Sequence record: SRR22947727_261
Reading direction: 5' to 3' (one strand)
Length of the DNA: 20,000 nt
The notes under the pieces are model-generated. The model did no database searches. It saw nothing but the letters and a program-made list of their open reading frames with translations, and was not told the DNA's origin. The position numbers were made by a program, and so were the translations under genes. The first letter of the stretch is position 1, and every line of letters starts with the position of its first letter. This document shows, one piece after another, positions 8,893 through 16,850 of the stretch.

Positions 8893-11652
8893 TTAATTTA
8901 AAGATTTTAATTTTGTATCCAGCTCTTCAATAAACCTATCAGATACATCAGCTTCAATAGTTAAATACCAAATTTTATTATTGTCGAATTGTCTACATTT
9001 AGATGCATCCTTCTCAGTCATTATTATAGGTAAATGATCTAGATAAAATATATCTGATTCATCAAAATTATGGTGATCTGGAAAAGGATGTCTAATAATC
9101 TCAAATCCAAGTCTGGCTAGAAGATCAAAAAATCTACCAGGATTACCAAGACCAGCTACTGCATGAACCTGTTTGTGCATAGGCCATTTTTTTATAGGGT
9201 ATGATTTACCAGATTTTAAATGAACAAACTTAGCAGGGCTAACATTCATTAAATATTCATTTTCTTGAGTTGGACCTGAATTATTAACAATAAAATCAAC
9301 ACTATTTAGTCTTGTTTTCGTTTCCCTTAATGGGCCTGCTGGAAATGTTAAGTTATTTCCAAAGCGTCTCTTACCATCTATAACAACAATTTCAATGTCT
9401 CTATTCATATTATAATGTTGTAAACCATCATCTGATATGATCACATCACAATCGTGATTTTCTTCTAATGTTTTCACTGCTCTTACTCTATTTTTGTCTA
9501 TGTAAAATGGTAGGTTCAATTTAGATAATATTTGAGCCTCATCACCAGTTTGCCTAACAGGCGTGTCAGATGTTACATGAAGAGTTTCTCTAAACTTACC
9601 ACCATAGCCTCTGCTAACTAACCCAGGCTTATAGCCCTTCTTAGCGAGCTCAGAAGCAATATATGCAACTAATGGTGTCTTACCTGTGCCACCAATCGTT
9701 AAGTTACCAACAACGATTAGGGGTATTGAGGTTTTATGACTGGATTTTTTTGATTTAAGAAACTTTCTTCTTTTTCTGTTCGTTATGTAAGAAAATATTA
9801 AAGAGAAAGGCAAAAGTAAATATAACCATAAACTTTTTTTATACCAACTATCTACAACAAGACTTGAATTATATTCATCTTCAAACTCTGGTATATAAAG
9901 TTCTGTTGATTTAGAAATTTTTAATTTTTCTTTAGGTGAATCCTCAAATTTATTTTTATAGAGGGATTGATAAATGCCATCGTTATTTAATAATTCAGCA
10001 TGAGTACCCGTCTCAGAAATAACACCGTTATCAAGAACAACTATCCTTGATGCATTCTCAATAGTTGATAGTCTATGAGCTATAACAATAGTTGTTCTAT
10101 TTGTGATTAATTTCTCAAGAGCCTCTTGAACAATAAGTTCCGATTCAGTATCTAAAGAAGATGTGGCTTCATCTAGTATGATGATTGGTGAGTCTTTATA
10201 AAATGCTCTCGCAATAGCCAGCCTTTGTCTTTGACCTCCTGATAGAAGAACCCCATCATCACCAATTTCAGACTCAAAGCCCTCAGGAAGACTTTCAATA
10301 AATTCCGTGCAGCCTGCTTGATTTGCTGATTGTTTAAGCTTTTCAACATCTATTTCATCATTACCATAAGCAATATTTTTTGCAATTGTATCGTTAAATA
10401 GTGAAGGAGATTGGTTAACTATAGAAATAGAGGATCTAAGATGTTTCAAAGAATAGTCATTAACAGAAATACCATCTATCAAAATATCACCAGATGTGTG
10501 GTTGTAGAAGCGTGGTATTAAATTAGCAATAGTTGATTTACCAGAACCTGACTTACCAACTATTGCGATAGTTTCATTTTTAGCTATTGAAAAGGAAATA
10601 TTATTAATAATTAAACCGCCAGTATTATAAGAAAATGAAACATCCTTAAAATCAATATCACCAGAAATTGGTGCATCTAAGTCTCCAGAATTATTTTCAT
10701 TCTGTTGATCTAGCTGATCAAATATTTCATTAGCCGCAGCCAAACCTTTTTGAACAATGATATTTATATTAGATAGCTGCCTAATTGGTTTTGCCATCAA
10801 ACCTGCTGCAGTAAAAAATGCAACAAAAGTTTGAGCATCAAGTGTTATACCAAGCTGAGAACCTAATGCAAAATATGCCACTAGTGATAATGAAATTGAA
10901 ACAAGAATTTGTATTATTGGGGTTGCAAGATTTCCTGTAGCTTCTAGTTTTAAATTCTGATTTTTATTAGACGTATTGGCTTTAAAAAATCTGTTATTTT
11001 CATAATCTTCTGCATTAAAACTTTTTATTTCTACGTGACCGTCAACAGCCTCAGATGCAATATGAGTAACATCACCCATGGCTGTTTGGATTTTAGTAGC
11101 TAATTTTTTAAGTCTCTTGCCAGCCACATACACTATTAATGCTATTAGCGGTGCCGTTCCTACTAAAAGCAGAGTTAATTTAAAATTTAATATAGATAGG
11201 TATATAAATAAACCGACTAATAAAAAACCCTCTCTAACAAATGTTTTTACGGCATTAGAAGCTGCTCCAGAAACCTGAGTTGTGGTAAATGTTATTCTAT
11301 TTATTAGTTGACCTGATTGATTAGCGTCAAAATAGGATTTAGGAAGATCGTGAAGTTTTTGAAATAATTCAGCTCTTAAATCATGAACTATTCCAAAACC
11401 AACTCGCGACATAAAATAGTTCCCAATAAAAAAACCAAAACCTCTACCTATAGCAATGAATATTAAAGACATAGCTAGAAGCGTATTCAGGCTTTCATCA
11501 TTTGAATCTATGTAACTTATTATTCTTCTTATCCATTCAACTGCTGCAATATCAGCAGCTGCAAATGCAATAAAACCAAAAACGCTGATTAAAAATGACC
11601 ACCTATATCTATAGGTGTAGCCTAATATTCTTCTTAAACTACCTGATTTCAT
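8893..11652 (-). CDS. msbA-lpxK: Fused lipid A flippase MsbA (residues ~1-569) and tetraacyldisaccharide 4'-kinase LpxK (residues ~600-919)
   Basis: Single 919-aa ORF. N-terminal ABC TMD plus NBD (GKSGSGKST, LSGGQRQ, IIILDEATSSLD, IAHRLST). C-terminal LpxK motifs VVGNLTIGGTGKTP, SRGYGG, GDE, DDGLQH, PAGPLRE, GLGNP, FPDHH, MTEKDA. Joined by a ~30-aa charged linker. Confidence 0.93.
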   Translation of the reverse strand: MKSGSLRRILGYTYRYRWSFLISVFGFIAFAAADIAAVEWIRRIISYIDSNDESLNTLLAMSLIFIAIGRGFGFFIGNYFMSRVGFGIVHDLRAELFQKLHDLPKSYFDANQSGQLINRITFTTTQVSGAASNAVKTFVREGFLLVGLFIYLSILNFKLTLLLVGTAPLIALIVYVAGKRLKKLATKIQTAMGDVTHIASEAVDGHVEIKSFNAEDYENNRFFKANTSNKNQNLKLEATGNLATPIIQILVSISLSLVAYFALGSQLGITLDAQTFVAFFTAAGLMAKPIRQLSNINIIVQKGLAAANEIFDQLDQQNENNSGDLDAPISGDIDFKDVSFSYNTGGLIINNISFSIAKNETIAIVGKSGSGKSTIANLIPRFYNHTSGDILIDGISVNDYSLKHLRSSISIVNQSPSLFNDTIAKNIAYGNDEIDVEKLKQSANQAGCTEFIESLPEGFESEIGDDGVLLSGGQRQRLAIARAFYKDSPIIILDEATSSLDTESELIVQEALEKLITNRTTIVIAHRLSTIENASRIVVLDNGVISETGTHAELLNNDGIYQSLYKNKFEDSPKEKLKISKSTELYIPEFEDEYNSSLVVDSWYKKSLWLYLLLPFSLIFSYITNRKRRKFLKSKKSSHKTSIPLIVVGNLTIGGTGKTPLVAYIASELAKKGYKPGLVSRGYGGKFRETLHVTSDTPVRQTGDEAQILSKLNLPFYIDKNRVRAVKTLEENHDCDVIISDDGLQHYNMNRDIEIVVIDGKRRFGNNLTFPAGPLRETKTRLNSVDFIVNNSGPTQENEYLMNVSPAKFVHLKSGKSYPIKKWPMHKQVHAVAGLGNPGRFFDLLARLGFEIIRHPFPDHHNFDESDIFYLDHLPIIMTEKDASKCRQFDNNKIWYLTIEADVSDRFIEELDTKLKSLN

Positions 11653-12053
11653 TTTTCTATAGTTCTTATCTGAACCTCATTAAACCCATTTTTATTAAGA
11701 ATATCCATTATACCTACAATCCAGATATGAAGAGAGGCAGCTTCAGCACTTAAAATAATTGAATTATCAGAATTATTTAACTCAAAAATTGCTTGTTCTA
11801 TCTCCTTAACATCATTTATGTTGTAGATAACATCATTTATGTAAACACTTCCATCAGCTATTACAGATATTTCATACATAGATTCGACAATGTTATATTC
11901 AAAAGATTCAGTTTTGGGAAGATCCAAGGAAAGAAATTGAGAATCTCCCACCTTCGAAGTAACCACAAAAAATATAACTAATAAGAAAACAATATCTATC
12001 AAAGGAGTTATTTCTATTGAAAAAGAAGATTTTTGATTGTTTATAAACTTCAT
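11649..12053 (-). CDS. exbD: ExbD/TolR family biopolymer transport protein
   Basis: 134 aa with single TM segment IEITPLIDIVFLLVIFFVVT carrying the conserved Asp, followed by LDLP. Confidence 0.9.
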   Translation of the reverse strand: MKFINNQKSSFSIEITPLIDIVFLLVIFFVVTSKVGDSQFLSLDLPKTESFEYNIVESMYEISVIADGSVYINDVIYNINDVKEIEQAIFELNNSDNSIILSAEAASLHIWIVGIMDILNKNGFNEVQIRTIEK

Positions 12054-12649
12054 TTATTTATTACATCAATAAATCTAGATACTTCAATCTGAAGTGTAAT
12101 TAATAAAAAGGAAACTTTTTGCTCAAAGTATTTATGCAAAACTAAACCAGGTACCGCTATAAATAACCCAAAAGCTGTTGTAATTAAAGCTTGAGAAATA
12201 CCTGCAGCGAGAGCATCAGGATTAGCTCCTGTAACTTCACTAAGCCCTGTAAATGCTGTAATCATTCCTATTACTGTTCCAAGCAATCCAAGAAGTGGAC
12301 TTATTGTTGCAATTGTTCCTAGCATATTTAGATTACGTTCAAGAGAAAACTTAACTTCTATAGCTTTTTCCTCAATCTTAGATTCTAAATTTTCTCTAGG
12401 TAGGTCTTTATATTGAATACATGAAATTAATAAAAAACCAAGTGAGGATAATTCAGATATCTCATCTGCTTGTTTGTTATTTATTAATCCTTTGTTATAA
12501 AGATTTACAATTTGATTAGTTAAACCTTTAGGGGATACAAGCCTATTTTGAAGAAACCACACTCTCTCTATAGAAATAGTAATAATTAGAATACTGCAAG
12601 CTAATAATGGCCACATAAATGGTCCACCAGCTATTATAAATTCAGTCAT
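12050..12649 (-). CDS. MotA/TolQ/ExbB proton channel family protein
   Basis: 199 aa: GGPFMWPL...IER, LGTIATISPLLGLLGTVIGMI, GISQALITTAFGLFIAVP. Confidence 0.92.
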   Translation of the reverse strand: MTEFIIAGGPFMWPLLACSILIITISIERVWFLQNRLVSPKGLTNQIVNLYNKGLINNKQADEISELSSLGFLLISCIQYKDLPRENLESKIEEKAIEVKFSLERNLNMLGTIATISPLLGLLGTVIGMITAFTGLSEVTGANPDALAAGISQALITTAFGLFIAVPGLVLHKYFEQKVSFLLITLQIEVSRFIDVINK

Positions 12650-13315
12650 TTAGGCCTCTATTAATTTAAAGTCTTTTAAATAATAAATCTTATCAAAACT
12701 TTTTATAAAGGTATTATCATGAGTAGCTGTCACTAAAGCAATATTATTTCTTTTAGAAACATTCAATAATAAATTTTGAATAATTAAAGCATTCTCATCA
12801 TCTAAGTTGCCTGTTGGCTCATCCAGAAAAATAAAATCAGGACTGTTAATCAAAGCTCTTGCTATAGCGACTCTTTGCTTTTCACCGCCAGACAGCTTCC
12901 AAGGTAAATGATTTATTCTAGATGAAAGACCTACTTCTTCGATAATATCGTATGCATTCATGTGGTTATCATTATTTGCTAGTTGAGCAGGAATCATAAT
13001 ATTTTCAAGGACTGTAAGATCTTCTAATAAGTGATGAAATTGATAAACAAAACCAAAATTATTAAGGCGGATATTGCTTAGGGTTGCATTTGTATTATTT
13101 TCAATAGGATTATCATCGTAAATAATCTTGCCAGAAGAAGCTGAATCTAATGAAGCCATGATATGAAGAAGAGTAGATTTTCCAGCACCTGACTGTCCTG
13201 AAATTGCGACAAGTTCTCCTTTTTGTACAGATAGATTGATGTTATCTAAAACTTTAATGCTATTATTTTCAATAAAAAAAGTTTTTGAAACATTTATGCA
13301 GCTTATCTTATTCAT
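12650..13315 (-). CDS. lolD: Lipoprotein-releasing ABC transporter ATP-binding subunit
   Basis: 221 aa: GQSGAGKSTLLH, LolD motif GFVYQFHHLL, LSGGEKQRVAIARAL, DEPTGNLD. Adjacent to lolC/E. Confidence 0.93.
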   Translation of the reverse strand: MNKISCINVSKTFFIENNSIKVLDNINLSVQKGELVAISGQSGAGKSTLLHIMASLDSASSGKIIYDDNPIENNTNATLSNIRLNNFGFVYQFHHLLEDLTVLENIMIPAQLANNDNHMNAYDIIEEVGLSSRINHLPWKLSGGEKQRVAIARALINSPDFIFLDEPTGNLDDENALIIQNLLLNVSKRNNIALVTATHDNTFIKSFDKIYYLKDFKLIEA

Positions 13316-14531
13316 GTCTAAGAATTTCTATTGGATTTAGCTTTGTTACTCGCAGTGCAGGAAATAAAGATGCTAATAAACTAAAAATAAGTGATATCAA
13401 GCATATAAAACCAATCTGCTCGTAATCAATATAATACGGAAAATAATTTATGAAGTACGCTTCTAATAAGTTTCTTCCCATCACCCCTTCCAAGAAAGTA
13501 ATAAAATTATTTATGTTGAAAGTAACTATTAAACCCAGCAATAAACCCATCAACAATCCAATAAAACTAACCATTAAGCCTTGAAAGAAAAAAATCATTA
13601 CAAGCTGTTGGTTGTTAGCGCCAATAGTTTTTAATATACCGACTTCTCTTTCTTTGGATTTAACAGTCATAACTATTGTTGATAAAACAAGTATCGAAGC
13701 TACTGCTACTATTAAAAATAACATTAAGCTGATTAATAATTTCTCAAATTGAATCGCCTCAAACAAAGTTCCATGTGTCTCTTTCCATGATGACGACATC
13801 AAACTAGTATTGTCTGGTATTGCCAAATAAGCTATTTGGTCCGCAAGAAATAGATTAGATGTTTTTAGTCTAATTGATAGAGTCTCATCAGTTAGTGATT
13901 TAAATTTTTGAGCAAGTTCATGAGATATCAATACCAGAGACTGATCGATTTCAGCTCTAAGTTCAAAAATACCTACAACCTGTAAATTTATAGATCTTGG
14001 GTATGAGCCAATGATTGAACTTTTAATGTCTGAGGTTGTAATCGTAATTGAATCACCTACAAATATTCCAAGATAAGATGCAAGCCATGATCCTATTACA
14101 ATTGAATTATCTTTGCTTAAATCTTCTAAAGAACCATAAAGCATATAATCAGGAAGTATTGAAACTCTATCCTCATGATCTACATCAATACCATTAACAG
14201 AAACTCCCTTGCTTATGGAGTTAGAGGTAATTAATGCTTGAAAAGAAATATAAGGGACAGCTTCCTCAACTCCATCAGCTAATTTTAATTGATCAATAAG
14301 ACTCTCATAATCGTTAATTGGTTCATCTGAATAAATCACCGCATGAGGAACAACACCAAGAATCCTATCTTGAAGTTCTTTTTCAAAACCGTTCATAACT
14401 GACATCACTATGATTAGGCTAGAAACGCCTATAGTAAGACCAGTAATAGCTAAAAATGATGTAAAGGAAAATACTCCACCTTTATTAGATTTAAAATACT
14501 TAAACGCTAATCTAAGAGGAAGTTTGAACAC
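13308..14531 (-). CDS. Lipoprotein-releasing ABC transporter permease (LolC/E family; single copy here, possibly LolF-type)
   Basis: 407 aa, GTG start: LIIVMSVMNGFEKEL..RILGVVPH, KEREVGILKTIGA, FPALR..KLNPIEILRHE. Confidence 0.93.
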   Translation of the reverse strand: MFKLPLRLAFKYFKSNKGGVFSFTSFLAITGLTIGVSSLIIVMSVMNGFEKELQDRILGVVPHAVIYSDEPINDYESLIDQLKLADGVEEAVPYISFQALITSNSISKGVSVNGIDVDHEDRVSILPDYMLYGSLEDLSKDNSIVIGSWLASYLGIFVGDSITITTSDIKSSIIGSYPRSINLQVVGIFELRAEIDQSLVLISHELAQKFKSLTDETLSIRLKTSNLFLADQIAYLAIPDNTSLMSSSWKETHGTLFEAIQFEKLLISLMLFLIVAVASILVLSTIVMTVKSKEREVGILKTIGANNQQLVMIFFFQGLMVSFIGLLMGLLLGLIVTFNINNFITFLEGVMGRNLLEAYFINYFPYYIDYEQIGFICLISLIFSLLASLFPALRVTKLNPIEILRHE

Positions 14532-14535
14532 AAAA

Positions 14536-15966
14536 TTACTTTAATAGACTTTTTAAAAGACTCTCAATACTTTTTGTATATGGAGGTCTGATACCATCAA
14601 ATAATTTATCAAATTTAAAGCCAACATCTTTATAGAATGCTCTAGGGTTTGAGAAATTTTTAAAACCATCATAGGATTGATACCTGCCCATTCCTGAGGG
14701 TCCAACTCCACCAAAAGGGAGATCTTTTTGTTGAATGTGGCCAACTACATTATTGATAGTAACGCCACCTGATGAAGTTTTATTCATAATTTGAGATTCT
14801 TCAGATTTATCAGTACCAAAATAATACAGGCCTAAAGGTCTATCCTTTGAGTTAATTGTAGATAAGGCATCATCCAAGTCATCGAATTCTATTACAGGGA
14901 GAACAGGACCAAATATTTCCTCATTCATTATTTTCATATCATCTGAAGTATCTGTAACTATAGTTGGAGGTATTTTATAAAATTGTTGTTGAGAGAAATC
15001 TTCATTTGACGGGTTGATTTCATTAATATGAGCACCCTTCTCTTTTGCATCTTGGATTAAGGAATTAATTCTATTAAAGTGACGTTCATTAATGATTGAA
15101 GAATAATCATCGTTATCCTTGATTGACGGATAAAAATCTTTAACAGCATTCTCAACTTCTAAGATAAATTCTTCCTTTTTGTCTTTATGAACAATAACAT
15201 AATCAGGTGCTAGGCAAATTTGACCTGCATTTAAAGTTTTACCAAACATAATTCTTTTAGCAGAAACTTTCATATCTGCTGATTTACCAATAACTACAGG
15301 TGATTTTCCACCCAACTCCAGAGTAACAGGAACTAAATTTTGTGATGCTGACTGCATAACATGTTTACCAATATTGCCTGATCCTGTATATAAAAGATGA
15401 TCAAAATGTAGTTTTGTAAAAGCCTCACCAACTTCAGGTCCGCCTAAAAAAGTAGCAAATTCATTTTCATCATAGGTTTTATCACACAACTCTTTTATTA
15501 ATGATGCTGTTAGAGGTGTGAGCTCACTTGGTTTATGCATAACCTGATTGCCGGCTGCAAATATAGCTGCAAGTGGCTTAAAAGTAAGATTAACAGGAAA
15601 GTTCCATGGTGAAATCATGCCAACAGTCCCTAATGGTTCATGCCTTACATAAGATTTAGCACCAAGAAGACCAAAGGGAAAATTAGACAATCTTTTTTTG
15701 GGCTTCGTCCATTGTTTAATATTTTTAATGGCATTGTTGATATCAGGAATAACGCTATAGGCATCTGTCATTATTGATGTATTTTTTGATCTATTTCCAT
15801 AATCCTCATTTAATGCATCAACTAAATCATATCTATTATCCATTATTAATAATTTCAATCGATTTAACCTATCAACCCTTAACTTAATTGATGGTGAACC
15901 TTCCTTTATAAAATGTTTCTTTTGAGAATCAAGAACTCTTTGCATCTCTGTTATTGTATTTTCCAT
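14536..15966 (-). CDS. Aldehyde dehydrogenase (ALDH3/coniferyl-aldehyde dehydrogenase-like)
   Basis: 476 aa: SPWNFP, KPSELTP, TGSG, LELGGKSP (catalytic Glu), NAGQICLAPDY (catalytic Cys), EEIFGP, LPFGGVGPSGMGRY. AGAGG SD upstream. Confidence 0.93.
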   Translation of the reverse strand: MENTITEMQRVLDSQKKHFIKEGSPSIKLRVDRLNRLKLLIMDNRYDLVDALNEDYGNRSKNTSIMTDAYSVIPDINNAIKNIKQWTKPKKRLSNFPFGLLGAKSYVRHEPLGTVGMISPWNFPVNLTFKPLAAIFAAGNQVMHKPSELTPLTASLIKELCDKTYDENEFATFLGGPEVGEAFTKLHFDHLLYTGSGNIGKHVMQSASQNLVPVTLELGGKSPVVIGKSADMKVSAKRIMFGKTLNAGQICLAPDYVIVHKDKKEEFILEVENAVKDFYPSIKDNDDYSSIINERHFNRINSLIQDAKEKGAHINEINPSNEDFSQQQFYKIPPTIVTDTSDDMKIMNEEIFGPVLPVIEFDDLDDALSTINSKDRPLGLYYFGTDKSEESQIMNKTSSGGVTINNVVGHIQQKDLPFGGVGPSGMGRYQSYDGFKNFSNPRAFYKDVGFKFDKLFDGIRPPYTKSIESLLKSLLK

Positions 15967-15977
15967 ATTAACCTCTA

Positions 15978-16850
15978 CTAGTTTCTATCTGCTTTATCTT
16001 TGTTATTAGAAGACCTTATCATAGCTCTCATCTGTTCCCAATCTTCTTCACTTAAATTATCAAGTTTAGAAAAGGTTCCACCCCCAGTTAAATATTGTGC
16101 GCCGTCAATAGCTATGGTCTGACCTGTGAGGTAATCACAACCATCAGCCATCAAAAAAGTTGCTAGATTTTGCAATTCAGACATTTCACCAACTCTACCC
16201 AAAGGTATATCAGCCATATATCCAGAATCATTATCACCACCTGGATTAAGCCTCTCCCATGCTCCTTTTGTTGGAAATGGTCCAGGAGCTATAGCATTAA
16301 CCTTAATTCCATATTTGCCCCACTCAGCAGCTAAGGATTTAGTCATTGTATTTAATCCTGACTTAGACATTGCCGATGGAACCACATAAGGTGAGCCGGT
16401 CCATACCCATGTAGCTAAGATAGATATTATTGAGCCTTTATGACCTCTTTCAATCCATCTTTTTCCTACAGAATGAGTCATATAAAAAGTTCCATGAAAA
16501 ACAATATTCGCAATTGCATCAAAACCTTTTGCTGATAAATCTTTTGTAGGAGAAATAAAATTACCGGCTGCGTTATTTACTAAACCATCAAGAGGAGTCT
16601 TTTGAAAAATTCTATCAATATAATCATCAACATCTTGTGCAGCTCTGATATCTAATGTTTCATATGACACTGATGTACCATATTTATCTATAATCTCATT
16701 AGCAGTTTCTTTAAGAACAGTCTCACGTCTTCCGCATATAAATATATTTGCTCCATGTTTTGCATAGTGAGAGGCCATCTCTTTACCAAGTCCTGTTCCT
16801 CCACCTGTGACTAATATATTTTTATCTTTTAATAAATTATCTTTAAACAT
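15978..16850 (-). CDS. SDR family oxidoreductase, 2,4-dienoyl-CoA reductase (DECR)-like
   Basis: Start revised to ATG 16850 (MFKDNLLKDKNILVTGGGTGLG), 290 aa, 8-nt overlap with the hemH stop. Has CGRR (NADPH-type), NNAAGNFISP and VVPSAMSK..SLAAEWGKYG..NAIAPGP, and lacks the classical YxxxK. Confidence 0.85.
   Translation of the reverse strand: MFKDNLLKDKNILVTGGGTGLGKEMASHYAKHGANIFICGRRETVLKETANEIIDKYGTSVSYETLDIRAAQDVDDYIDRIFQKTPLDGLVNNAAGNFISPTKDLSAKGFDAIANIVFHGTFYMTHSVGKRWIERGHKGSIISILATWVWTGSPYVVPSAMSKSGLNTMTKSLAAEWGKYGIKVNAIAPGPFPTKGAWERLNPGGDNDSGYMADIPLGRVGEMSELQNLATFLMADGCDYLTGQTIAIDGAQYLTGGGTFSKLDNLSEEDWEQMRAMIRSSNNKDKADRN

Noticed and set aside
11078-11981. Plus-strand ORFs 11078..11278 and 11793..11981
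   Set aside because: Antisense to msbA and exbD.
14553-14744. 63-aa minus-strand ORF
   Set aside because: Alternative frame inside the aldehyde dehydrogenase 3' end.
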